Part shown: positions 44,937 to 54,360 of the stretch, one piece after another
Layout of the letters: each line of letters begins with the position of its first letter
Position numbering within the stretch: the stretch's first letter is position 1
IMG/VR virus record: IMGVR_UViG_3300021091_000011
DNA: 64,000 bases
Origin: a virus
Taxonomy: Duplodnaviria; Caudoviricetes
Reading direction: 5' to 3' (one strand)
The notes under the pieces: generated by a model
Database searches by the model: none
The model's input: the letters and a program-made list of their open reading frames with translations, nothing else
What the model was told of the DNA's origin: nothing
Translations under genes and position numbers: made by a program

Positions 44937-46121
44937 TTAGGTCAAGTACGCCAGAACTTCATACTTGTCATTATCTAAGCGCGAGTATTGCAAGTGCAGC
45001 ATCGTGTTGCGAATCTGCACGGGCGAGAATGAATTAGCCGGATTCGTGAAGGCGAGTTCGACATTGAGCGAACCGCTTTCACGGCTGAACAAATGCGAAC
45101 TCACGACCTCACCGAGTTCAATCCCAAAGTCGGCTAGAAGATCAAGCGCCAGCGTGTACCCGCGAGTAGGCTTCTCGAAACGGCCATTGCCGTCCAAGCC
45201 CTTGCGCTGCATCACGTCATTGGCAAACTGAATCGTCTTGCGGTCTACAACGCCGTTTTCAAGTCCGGCCTTGCGAGCGAGAACACGACTAGCAGATGCG
45301 AGCATAGATCGAACTTCCTCACCACCTAATGAACGAAGCATCTTGGCGAATTCGCCTTGAGCGCCAGGTTCACGCTCCCAACTGACGTACCATTTGTCGC
45401 CGTACCGCTTAAAGTAATAGCGGTTGAATGAAAACCCTTCGCTCGAAGGATTTATCATGCTCTTGAACTTCTGCGTAAACTTCTGAACAAGCGCCGAATT
45501 CAGCACGGCATTAGAAGTAGTCTTAAACTGATACTTGGGGGATTCTTCGATTTCAGGCTTTTTGCGGAAAAAGTCTAAGAAGCCCGCTTGTTTGGAAGCA
45601 CGAACCTGACGACCTTCCACCGTAATCTCTCGCTCGACCGCACAAGCAGGGCGACGAACGATCAGGCTATCGCTGACTTTTTCGCCCCACTTCGCGCAAA
45701 ACTCGTCCTCGTGCAAAATCCGAAACGTCTTGTCTGGATTCGGGATGTTCGAATCCATGACGTGAACGTAACGACCGTCCGGCCCATCAGTCACGTCGGC
45801 GACGACTGAAGCGTGCGACCACGGACGACCCTCGGGATTCCAAGCGATAATCACGGGCGTTCCGGCGTCGGTCCATTGCTTGAGCATGGTGACCGTGGCG
45901 GGAACGACTAAACTGCCACGAAGTCCGAAGTATTGCAGCGTGGCGAGAATAGACTCCCACGACGCACCGGACATTGGACTCGCGCCCAAAATCTTATTCA
46001 CGTCGGCTTCGGTTTGGTCTTTACCGTGAGCCTGTAAGCAAGCCGCGATAGAGGTCGCACAACAAGTGAACTGCGTCTCTTGTCGCAAACCAGGAACAGC
46101 GGCTCGGGCTTTACGGTTCAT
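44937..46121 (-). CDS. C39-family cysteine peptidase fused to unknown domains
   Basis: VPGLRQETQFTCCATS (Q, C), WSHASVV (H), VMDSN (D). Confidence 0.75.
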   Translation of the reverse strand: MNRKARAAVPGLRQETQFTCCATSIAACLQAHGKDQTEADVNKILGASPMSGASWESILATLQYFGLRGSLVVPATVTMLKQWTDAGTPVIIAWNPEGRPWSHASVVADVTDGPDGRYVHVMDSNIPNPDKTFRILHEDEFCAKWGEKVSDSLIVRRPACAVEREITVEGRQVRASKQAGFLDFFRKKPEIEESPKYQFKTTSNAVLNSALVQKFTQKFKSMINPSSEGFSFNRYYFKRYGDKWYVSWEREPGAQGEFAKMLRSLGGEEVRSMLASASRVLARKAGLENGVVDRKTIQFANDVMQRKGLDGNGRFEKPTRGYTLALDLLADFGIELGEVVSSHLFSRESGSLNVELAFTNPANSFSPVQIRNTMLHLQYSRLDNDKYEVLAYLT

Positions 46122-46170
46122 TAGACCACCGAAGAAGTGCTGCAAACAAACAGGTATAGCCGAAAAAACG

Positions 46171-46204
46171 AAAGGCCCCGCACACAATTTGTGTACGGGG
46201 CCTT
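46171..46204 (-). terminator. Intrinsic terminator after the sheath gene
   Basis: AAGGCCCCG..ACAC/GTGT..CGGGGCCTT hairpin with a T-rich tail on the minus strand. Confidence 0.65.
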
Positions 46205-46225
46205 GGGCTAAATCAACCTGCGGGA

Positions 46226-49200
46226 TTAGATCGAAGAGCGCAGGTTGAAAGTGACGACGACGTAAAGTAACGGAAAGACCGGAGCGATTGCCGCCGTGAC
46301 TTCGCAGACCGTGGGGTCATCGGGGCTGACCCGCGCCGAAACGCCCGTGAAGCCCGTGATAATCTGCGCCGCCACCAAGTCCTTGAGCGTGGAAGAAAGT
46401 TGGCCCTCGATTTGGCTCGTGATGCCAGGCAAGAACTTCACGCCGACGAAACGATCCAGCGTCGCGCGAGCCTGCTTTTGAACCTCGTCGGCAATCTGAA
46501 TCACCGTCGGCGTCTTGGTCAGGATGTTGCTCATATCCGTCGTGAAGCCTTGACGGATGCGGATCACCGAGTTGAGGTTCTCAATGACCGTCACGCCCTT
46601 GACCGCGACCTGATTCTGCTCCACCGCGTCGAGCGGGCGGGCCAAACGGTCAAAGCCAAAGATGCGCGTGTTGGTCCAAGGCGTCGCAACGTCCACCGTC
46701 GAGGCCACGCGAGTACCCGCCGTAGCAGCGGCCAAGAACGTACCGTCCACCAAGTAGGAGTCGGTCGTCGCATCGGCGCGAGAAACCGTCAACGTAGCGA
46801 TGTCGGGGTAGACCATACGCATACGGGTACGGGCGATACTCGATGCGATGTTGCCTGCGTCACGCGGCTGCGTACCCGCCGAGAAACCGCAAATCGCCGT
46901 GCGCTCCGCACGGTAACGGATGCTCGACTGAATGTCGCAATGCTTGGCAAGATACGAGAACAGCGTCGCGTCGTCACCCTTGAGCGGGACCAAAATATCA
47001 GGGTACACGCCGCCCGGAAGCGCACCTTCGCAATCGTCAATCGCCGCGATATACGCCGCCGTGGACGAAGAATCGTTCGTCCCGTCCGCGTTGCTGTCTT
47101 GGTCTTTCGGAACCTGCTTGACCGCGACCAACACCGCACCGTTCAAGAGCGTCAAATAGGACGCCAGCGAAACAGGGTTCGTCGGGCTGTTCGGGCCGTA
47201 GGCGGCTTCAATCGCCGAAAGCCGCGTATACAACTGCGCCGAGAAGTCCTGCTTGCGGAAGTTGTAGGTGACGTAGTAAACGTCGCCCACCGCAGGCTGC
47301 GCGCCGCTACGATTGTGCGTCGTGACCAACGCCGTGTCGCCCACCGCCACACCCGTCGTGTTCGCCACGATGAGTTGAATGCCCGGCACGGCGTAGTTCG
47401 GCAGGTTCGAGTCACACGTCGCATTGACGCGGACCTTGAACGTGAAGCTCTGGCCCGCAGGATAATCCGCGCCGCCCGCACGAGCCAAAACCGTGAAAGT
47501 CAGGCCCGTCACGAGGTCGCGGTAGGTCTGACCAACCTGACCGTCTTGACCGTCGCCGGAGTTGAGCAGCGAGTTATTGACCGAGCCGGAACCGTTGGCC
47601 GGATCGCTCGACGTGACGAAGAAGCCGTCGATAGCCGCTTCGCCCACGTTGCCGTCACCGACGACCACGCCAAGGCCCACGCCCGGACGCAACGCCGTGC
47701 AAGACTCAAAGGCAAGGCTGGAAGCCGTGCCCAACGTGAGGCTTTGCAGATAGAGGTAATCCGCGCCCGCCTGATCGCTCACGGTCTTGGCAATCGCCAA
47801 CTCCGTGAAGTAACCCGCGTCAGGACTTGCGAAAGTCAGCAGGTAGAGGTCAACAGTCGCGTTCGCGTTCGCCATGAGGCCGGAAACAAGAACCTGCGGC
47901 GTGAGGACCGTCCGGCTGAAAGCCGCGTTCGTCGTGAAGCCGAGCGTGCTGTTCGCGTTGCCGTCGCCAATGACGATTTGCGCCGAGACTTCCGAAGAAC
48001 CGGAACGGAAGCGGATACCCGCGCCTTCCTGTCGAACGGAACCCGTGCCCGTGATCGCATCGTCAATCTGCCAAAGAACCGAATTGACAAGACTGATGGG
48101 GCCGAACGGAACGTCCGCAGAGCCGCCGACCGGAATCGCCACACCCGCCGCATCCGTGAAGACCACGGTGTACGGCTGGCCGTCCATCGTGAACTTGAAC
48201 ACGTTGTTCTGGTCGTTGACGCCGCCCGCCGCGTAGAACGTCAATTCGGGCTGGCTATTCGCCGCCTGAGAAGCGTAACTCACGCGGCCAAAAGCCGTCG
48301 CCTCCAAGATCGTAGCGCGAAGGCCCGCGTAGCCGCGCTCTTGGGGAACCAAGCCCGCCTGATTCGCGCCCGTGCCGCCGACAATCTGCAACTCACATTG
48401 ATCGAGTTGGGACTTGCCGTCGATGGAGCCGGAACCCGGAACAATGCGGTTACGCAGCACGATCCGGTCATAAAGCAGCGGGGCAACGCCGATGGAAACC
48501 GCACGAGCGATTTCGCCTTGGAACAACTTGGTCTGATTTCCAAGAGCCGCCGCAGCCGTGCTCAAGCCTGCGGTGATGCAGAAATCACGGGCAGCGGCGG
48601 TCGTGATGAACTCCAAGAAGCCATTGCCATCGGTGCCGTCCAGCGTAAGAGCGAACTCCAACTGACTCGACGTATTCGCCGTGACCGCAACGCTGAAGGT
48701 GCCAACGCCAATCGCCGCAACAAGCGCCGCATTTACAGCAGCGGCCAAAGCGGACGCCGTGTTGTAAGTGCCCACAGCAATCGTCGCCGTCAGATTGCCG
48801 GAAGCGCCGGATACGTCGCCCGTGTAGTGAACGGTGATTTGGTCGTACTCGTTGACCGAAACCGTCAGCGGGCTAGAGAACCGCGTGACCGCCTTCAGCA
48901 CGGGAGGCTCAAGCAACGCAGCCGAGTTGATCGCCGTGACGTAATTGGCAACCGTAGCGGCGGCATTAGCGGCAGCCGAAGCCTGAATCAAAACGCCGTC
49001 AACCAGCAAGTCAATCGCGTCGTTCGTCGCGTCAATCTCAAACGTCGCGCCGCCCGTCGCCGGATCGTAGGAAATCTCATTGCCCACGATCTGAGCGAAG
49101 AAGCCGCAGCCCGCTCCGGTCGGGTCGCTCAAATTGACCGAAACCGTGCCGCCGTCAACCGCGACATCGAACACGTCAGAATCAGTCGTGACGGGGTAGT

Positions 49201-51097
49201 AAGGGCCGTGCGAGGGGACTGTGTATTTCGCCGGAGTCGCCGCACGCTGCGCGAACTCGACGGTCACATCCTCGGCAACCGGACCTTCAAAATCAGTCGC
49301 CGTGTAGGGAGTCTCGAAGCGAACGTCAGGCAAACGCTCGCTGCCAGAGGGGAACTGAATCTGCACGGTCGCCAAGCCCGCAGACTTGGAACCGAAGGAC
49401 GGAATCAAAACCTGCGCGCCGTCCTGATTCGTGATCGAATAGGTGCCGACGCCGGACGGACCCGCCGTTTGCGCCGTGACGGTGTATTCGACGTCCTGAA
49501 TCGTGTTGTAATAGAACGTCGCGTAAACCGTCGCGCCGACAGGTACAGGCTCGGACAGCGTAATCGTCGCCGTGTCCGATTCGACCTTAGTGACCGTCAC
49601 ACGGCCACGCTCAATCGCGTCCTGAAGCGAAAAGCCCCAATACGCGAAAACGAGGTCCGGACGATTCGTGGGCAAATCGACGCGGCCATTAGCGACCTGA
49701 TTGAACGTCGTCGAACCGAGCGGGCTGTTACGACCGTTGCCCGTCGTAGGAGTCAGCGGCAGTACGAACTGAACGCGATCCTCAACCGCAGGATTTACGC
49801 TCGTATTGACGAAAGCCTCGCAAGGGGCCAGATACTCACGAACGTCAACCAACGTCGGGAGAACCTGCGACTCGCCGAAAAGCGCGCCGCCAGCCGTGTG
49901 CTCTTCGGAAGCAACGGTGACCGCCGTGCCCCACAGGATTTGGTCATCCTGAAGCACGAAGTCCACGTTCTCAACGTAATCATCACGATCCGGCGTAATG
50001 CCACAAAGCGTAACTTCGGTCACGCCGCGATTGGCGAGATAGTCGAACGTATCCTGCCAAGAGTTGAAGTGGTATTGAACCGTGACCGTTGCGCCGCTTT
50101 GGGGAGCAAATGGGAGGGTTACGGCACCGGACTGACCATCAACGGCGGTCGGGATGACCTGCGTGCCATTGACCTTCACCGTCACGTCAGCCGGATCGGT
50201 CGTGGTGATACCGCCATTCGAGCCGTCCACGATGGGACGCTGGAAGACGTAGAACACCTTGTTTCGCGCCGTGTACGCACCCGTCGTGAAACCGAGCGTG
50301 GCGTTCAGCGAACCGTTGCCGATCAAGACGTTGCGGTCAGCGGTGAGTTTGAGGACCGTCACGCCGAAGTTGTTGATCGCCGTGCTCGCCACAAGGCTCG
50401 TGCCCGTCGCCGCGCCATTGACGAACGCCGCGATTTGAGCCGCCGTCCAACCACCGACCGGAGAAGCCGCGACCGTAACAGTCAACGCCGTGGCATCGTC
50501 CACGGTGAGGACGAGTTCATCGTTAGAACCCGTTACCACGTCGTAGTTTTGACCGACCGCGCCGTAAAGCACGCCAGCGTCAGGCGTGACCTGATCGCTT
50601 ACGGTGTCCGTAATCAGCGTGTCCGTGCGATTGAAATAATACGTCACCCGCACGTCGTCCGTCGCCGTAGGCTTCACGCTCAGGCGAAGGATGCCGCGCG
50701 CACCGTCGAGGTTGAGCACGACAACGGGAATGCCGTTGACGGTGACGGCGACAGAAGCCGTATCGGTCGCCGTCGTGCCCGAGCCGTTGCCGGAGACGAT
50801 GGGATAGTTGCGGACCTGAACGCGGTCTAAAGTGCCGTCGAAAGCACCGAGCGTGATTTGTCCCGCAGGGCTGATATTTACAACAGCGCGACCCGACTCG
50901 TCCTCCTGCACAACACGCTGGTCAACCGACGCGGAAGAACCGCGCACGATTTCCAATGAGGATTGCGTGAGGATTTCAGAGCCAGGACCGATGATCAGCG
51001 GCAGGCGTGCAGCAGCACCCGCGCCCTGATTCGGCGGCTGAAGATTGGTCTGCGTGTAAACGCCCGGAGGCGCGTAGATACCGTTAGGGAAAGCCAT
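46226..51097 (-). CDS. Contractile tail sheath protein, very large (1623 aa)
   Basis: N-terminal YAPPGVYT; C-terminal sheath domain ...QVAVKGVTVI...IRIRQGFTT...IAPVFPLLYVVVTF. Confidence 0.85.
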   Translation of the reverse strand: MAFPNGIYAPPGVYTQTNLQPPNQGAGAAARLPLIIGPGSEILTQSSLEIVRGSSASVDQRVVQEDESGRAVVNISPAGQITLGAFDGTLDRVQVRNYPIVSGNGSGTTATDTASVAVTVNGIPVVVLNLDGARGILRLSVKPTATDDVRVTYYFNRTDTLITDTVSDQVTPDAGVLYGAVGQNYDVVTGSNDELVLTVDDATALTVTVAASPVGGWTAAQIAAFVNGAATGTSLVASTAINNFGVTVLKLTADRNVLIGNGSLNATLGFTTGAYTARNKVFYVFQRPIVDGSNGGITTTDPADVTVKVNGTQVIPTAVDGQSGAVTLPFAPQSGATVTVQYHFNSWQDTFDYLANRGVTEVTLCGITPDRDDYVENVDFVLQDDQILWGTAVTVASEEHTAGGALFGESQVLPTLVDVREYLAPCEAFVNTSVNPAVEDRVQFVLPLTPTTGNGRNSPLGSTTFNQVANGRVDLPTNRPDLVFAYWGFSLQDAIERGRVTVTKVESDTATITLSEPVPVGATVYATFYYNTIQDVEYTVTAQTAGPSGVGTYSITNQDGAQVLIPSFGSKSAGLATVQIQFPSGSERLPDVRFETPYTATDFEGPVAEDVTVEFAQRAATPAKYTVPSHGPYYPVTTDSDVFDVAVDGGTVSVNLSDPTGAGCGFFAQIVGNEISYDPATGGATFEIDATNDAIDLLVDGVLIQASAAANAAATVANYVTAINSAALLEPPVLKAVTRFSSPLTVSVNEYDQITVHYTGDVSGASGNLTATIAVGTYNTASALAAAVNAALVAAIGVGTFSVAVTANTSSQLEFALTLDGTDGNGFLEFITTAAARDFCITAGLSTAAAALGNQTKLFQGEIARAVSIGVAPLLYDRIVLRNRIVPGSGSIDGKSQLDQCELQIVGGTGANQAGLVPQERGYAGLRATILEATAFGRVSYASQAANSQPELTFYAAGGVNDQNNVFKFTMDGQPYTVVFTDAAGVAIPVGGSADVPFGPISLVNSVLWQIDDAITGTGSVRQEGAGIRFRSGSSEVSAQIVIGDGNANSTLGFTTNAAFSRTVLTPQVLVSGLMANANATVDLYLLTFASPDAGYFTELAIAKTVSDQAGADYLYLQSLTLGTASSLAFESCTALRPGVGLGVVVGDGNVGEAAIDGFFVTSSDPANGSGSVNNSLLNSGDGQDGQVGQTYRDLVTGLTFTVLARAGGADYPAGQSFTFKVRVNATCDSNLPNYAVPGIQLIVANTTGVAVGDTALVTTHNRSGAQPAVGDVYYVTYNFRKQDFSAQLYTRLSAIEAAYGPNSPTNPVSLASYLTLLNGAVLVAVKQVPKDQDSNADGTNDSSSTAAYIAAIDDCEGALPGGVYPDILVPLKGDDATLFSYLAKHCDIQSSIRYRAERTAICGFSAGTQPRDAGNIASSIARTRMRMVYPDIATLTVSRADATTDSYLVDGTFLAAATAGTRVASTVDVATPWTNTRIFGFDRLARPLDAVEQNQVAVKGVTVIENLNSVIRIRQGFTTDMSNILTKTPTVIQIADEVQKQARATLDRFVGVKFLPGITSQIEGQLSSTLKDLVAAQIITGFTGVSARVSPDDPTVCEVTAAIAPVFPLLYVVVTFNLRSSI

Positions 51098-51166
51098 TCG
51101 GGGACTCCATCACGTTCGAGTGCAAGCAGGTGATTTGTCGCCGCACCGGGCGTCAATCAAATCCGC

Positions 51167-51182
51167 GTATAATAAGGCTAAC
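51167..51182 (-). promoter_or_regulatory. Putative late promoter motif upstream of the sheath gene
   Basis: GTTAGCCTTATTATAC on the minus strand (GTTA-N7-TATAC). Confidence 0.5.
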
Positions 51183-51200
51183 GTGATGAAGGAGGCCCGA

Positions 51201-51656
51201 GTGCCCATTTACGAATTCATCTGCAAATCCTGTGGCTTGAAGTTTGAGCGGACGATGCCAATCTCTAAGTCCGGCGAAAAAGCCAAATGCGAGTGCGGCA
51301 CCGAAGCCGAGAGGTTACTTTCGACGTTCGGATTCGCGTTTGCCCACAAACCTGTGAACGGACCTGTGCCGCAAAATACAGGCGTGCATAGCGTCGATTA
51401 CAATTACGACAAAGTGATCGGGCGCGATGCCGAGCAAAAGTGGAAGGTGATTGAGCAGCGCGACAAGGCCAAAGACGAGGCCATTCGTGACGCTCGACGC
51501 GAAGGCAAGAACGTCACGTCGCGCGATCAGTTAGTCGGAACGGCTGAAGGCGGCTACCGCCCGATTACTGAACCGGAACGAGTAGCCGCCAATCAGAATC
51601 GGGCCGTCGCCAACGAGGTTAACAAGGCGTTGTCCACGAAAGGCAAGAAGCCTTAA
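51201..51656 (+). CDS. FmdB-family zinc-ribbon protein
   Basis: AAGGAGG RBS, GTG start, MPIYEFICKSCGLKFE...CECG..AERLLS. Confidence 0.85.
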   Translation: MPIYEFICKSCGLKFERTMPISKSGEKAKCECGTEAERLLSTFGFAFAHKPVNGPVPQNTGVHSVDYNYDKVIGRDAEQKWKVIEQRDKAKDEAIRDARREGKNVTSRDQLVGTAEGGYRPITEPERVAANQNRAVANEVNKALSTKGKKP

Positions 51657-51712
51657 GCGGCCTTTGCCGCCTTCGCCGCCTTATCGACGGGGTGTAATCG
51701 ACGCCTAATGCC

Positions 51713-51814
51713 GCTTACACCATCCAAACGGTTAGCACGCCCTGAAAAAACCGGAAATCGACATTCACTTTTTCGGTTTTTTGCACGCCACGAAACCGTT
51801 TGGATGGTGTAAGC
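51713..51814. repeat. Palindromic element copy C (19-bp perfect inverted arms; inverted relative to A and B)
   Basis: GCTTACACCATCCAAACGG...CCGTTTGGATGGTGTAAGC; core AAAAAACCGGAAATCG-nnn-TTCACTTTTTCGGTTTT shared with the reverse complement of B. Confidence 0.92.
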
Positions 51815-51836
51815 AGAATCTCAAGGAGCGGCGAAT

Positions 51837-52013
51837 ATGAGCACTCGATTCATGGTGATCTTTGTCATGCTGGCCGTGGGCTTCACGGCGTTCGCAGCGG
51901 CACCCCGCGAGCCCCGCCACGTCGTCCTCGTGGACGGCGTGGAGCATGAGGCGCTGATCACGCCGAGCGGCGTGATTCTGGTCAACCGCAAGACGGGCGA
52001 AGTCTTGCCGTGA
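51837..52013 (+). CDS. Small secreted/membrane protein (58 aa)
   Basis: AAGGAG RBS; MSTRFMVIFVMLAVGFTAFAAAPREP...; below the ORF-track length cutoff. Confidence 0.65.
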   Translation: MSTRFMVIFVMLAVGFTAFAAAPREPRHVVLVDGVEHEALITPSGVILVNRKTGEVLP

Positions 52014-52264
52014 GGGATTGGCTGAAAAAAAAAGGTTTCGTCCCCCATGGCTCAGGCTATCAGGGGGACATAGGGCCTTATCGCATTCACGTCCGTCCGT
52101 ATTTGGACGGGCGGGAATGGGAGGCCGTCGATCCGGTGACGTCGGTGATGGGCCATGGGGCTACGCCGCAAGAGGCGTTGCTCGACCTCATCGAAAGCAT
52201 GGAGGCGCGGAAAGCCCGCCTGAATGCCATGCTTCGACTAATGCGAGAGTTCGTTATCGAATGA
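52010..52264 (+). CDS. HicB-like small protein
   Basis: WEAVDP...MGHGATPQEALLDLIESM resembles the HicB N-terminal fold; GTGA overlap. Confidence 0.45.
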   Translation: MRDWLKKKGFVPHGSGYQGDIGPYRIHVRPYLDGREWEAVDPVTSVMGHGATPQEALLDLIESMEARKARLNAMLRLMREFVIE

Positions 52265-53480
52265 TCTCGAAAGCCTGATTCCGGTTCGCAAAGAACGGGT
52301 CTCGGATGGCGACGAGATTTAAGTTCTGGTACACGAAGAACTGCGACGGCGATCCGGTATCGAACAATTGATCGTCGGTCAAGCCCGCAACGGCTTGGTC
52401 CTCGGCTACGGTTCCGGGAATAACGCGGTTCGCTTCCCAATTCAGAGGGAAGTGCATGGACCAATCCGTTTGGATGGTCATGCTAATCGACGCCGTGTAG
52501 AAGTAATCGTCGGCATTTTCGTCGTAGGCTTCTTCGGCCTCGCCGCCCATGCTGACGTTAATGATCTCGATACCCTCGCCGGATAAACGCCCGCGCAAAT
52601 CTGCATACAGGAACAAAAGCGTCCGGTCGGTGACCTCACCCGTAGCGAGAACGTCGCGGGTCATCAGGTCCATATCGACGTTGAGTTCCCAACGCCCGCC
52701 GTACTCCAAGGCACAAGCCTCGCGGGTACGTCCAACCACGACGGTCATAATGTCGCCGTCTTGAACCCTTCGGCCAAAGGCCAGCACCACGCCAGGAATT
52801 GCATGATTGTTCGAGCCGTTCTGCGTGATCAGAAAAGGTCCACGGCTTTCGCCCGCATAACGGTAATCAACGGATAAGTAAGTATTGGAGGCAATCGGTT
52901 GAGCGAGCGTGATTTGGCCGTTAGTCGCGTCTGCTGTGTAGTTAATGCCTTCGTAGAGCAAGATATTGCCGGGCATTTCATAAACGCGAAGGCTTCCCGG
53001 ATGAAAAGACCCCTGCGCGACCTCATACAAACGCGGGTTCATCGTTAGTGGGCGTTCATCGAGGATTTCAATCAGCGGGTCAACGTAAAAAACGTATTGC
53101 TCCGAAGGCGTGGGTTCGCCGTAGAGTTCACGTCTGATTTCTATGTAGTAGACACCGGGCAACGAAGGGAATACGCCGTTGTTGCGCTGAATAGCGAGCG
53201 CATCTTCGCGCACCCATTCGATTGACGTACCGTTCTTGCCGAGTACGCGGGCAAGATTGCAGTACGAAACGACGACACCCTGATAGTGATCGGCACTCAG
53301 GATTTGCGGGTTCGCGCTCGCGCCCTTGACGATGATCGCCTGTTGGGGGCGTTCTCGAAACGAGTAGCGGCCTTGAATGTTCGGCACTAACGAATCACGG
53401 TAGATCGGGTCCAAAGACCAGAACGAACGTAACTCCTGCAAGATGCGGCGTTTAACCGCCTCCGTCAGATTAGCGAACAT
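52254..53480 (-). CDS. Tail completion/structural protein
   Basis: 408 aa near the sheath; beta-rich; no catalytic motif recognised. Confidence 0.55.
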   Translation of the reverse strand: MFANLTEAVKRRILQELRSFWSLDPIYRDSLVPNIQGRYSFRERPQQAIIVKGASANPQILSADHYQGVVVSYCNLARVLGKNGTSIEWVREDALAIQRNNGVFPSLPGVYYIEIRRELYGEPTPSEQYVFYVDPLIEILDERPLTMNPRLYEVAQGSFHPGSLRVYEMPGNILLYEGINYTADATNGQITLAQPIASNTYLSVDYRYAGESRGPFLITQNGSNNHAIPGVVLAFGRRVQDGDIMTVVVGRTREACALEYGGRWELNVDMDLMTRDVLATGEVTDRTLLFLYADLRGRLSGEGIEIINVSMGGEAEEAYDENADDYFYTASISMTIQTDWSMHFPLNWEANRVIPGTVAEDQAVAGLTDDQLFDTGSPSQFFVYQNLNLVAIRDPFFANRNQAFEIIR

Positions 53481-53494
53481 TCAGACACCCGCTT

Positions 53495-54340
53495 TTATCG
53501 GCGGCTATTGATTTCCCGCAGCCAAGAAGCCATGAGCGCGCGGTTCGCTTTCGCGGCAGGCGCAATATTGGGCTCTTCGGACTTTACGACCAAACGGCTA
53601 AGTGTAGCCGCACCCTCCGCACCAGGCTGCTCTTCTAAAATCTCCGCAGGCGTCGGCGGGGTCTTGCGTACTTGGCGCATGATTTTACCGTCGCCGTGTT
53701 CCTTGGCGAAATCTTTGCCGACAGAGGGCACGTTCGTCGGCGCACCTGATTCGGCGAACTCGCGGGTTTCGCGCTTTTGCGGATTGTCGAAGAATTGTCC
53801 CTCGGCAGAGGGAGCGACAGGATGAGCCGCGCGACGTCCCATGACCGCAGGCCACGCGGAAGCGGGCGCACCCAACACCTGCTGAAGCAGATATTGATTC
53901 GACTCGTGGGCGTTAGCCGTAGCCGCCAACCAATCGTCCAAACCCAAAGGCATCGGATATCTCTCGTTCGGCCAACTGTTGCTCACGATTGAGAGTGCGT
54001 CTTGCAACTCGCCCTCGGACGTCAAGCCGCGCTGGAAGTGGCACTCGTGCGAGCACCAACGACCGACCATATCGCAGATCATGTTGAGAGAGACTTCGAG
54101 GTCAACGGCCTCAATGCCGAAATAGCCCACGAGCTTTTCGCCAATCGCGTCGATCTCTTCCTGCACGCCCTCATAAAGCCGTTGAAAGAGCAAATGGTTG
54201 CCGTAGTACGCGGGACCACGAGTCTGCCAATGGCTCGTCTGGTATGACAAATACTGCGCGCGAAGAATCGCCAGCACAATGCGGAGCATCGGCAGCACTT
54301 CCTCACGGATCGCAGGATCGAGATAAGCCTTGCGCTTCAT
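53495..54340 (-). CDS. Dps/ferritin-like protein with C-terminal extension
   Basis: SHWQTRGPAYYGNHLLFQRLYEGVQEEIDAIGEK (Dps H-W, H, D..E pattern). Confidence 0.75.
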   Translation of the reverse strand: MKRKAYLDPAIREEVLPMLRIVLAILRAQYLSYQTSHWQTRGPAYYGNHLLFQRLYEGVQEEIDAIGEKLVGYFGIEAVDLEVSLNMICDMVGRWCSHECHFQRGLTSEGELQDALSIVSNSWPNERYPMPLGLDDWLAATANAHESNQYLLQQVLGAPASAWPAVMGRRAAHPVAPSAEGQFFDNPQKRETREFAESGAPTNVPSVGKDFAKEHGDGKIMRQVRKTPPTPAEILEEQPGAEGAATLSRLVVKSEEPNIAPAAKANRALMASWLREINSRR

Positions 54341-54360
54341 TTCACATCCCTTAGAAAGTA

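Noticed and set aside
46400-50830. 1476-aa plus-strand ORF
   Set aside because: Antisense shadow of the sheath gene; Arg-rich with no motifs, as expected from GC-rich codon bias.
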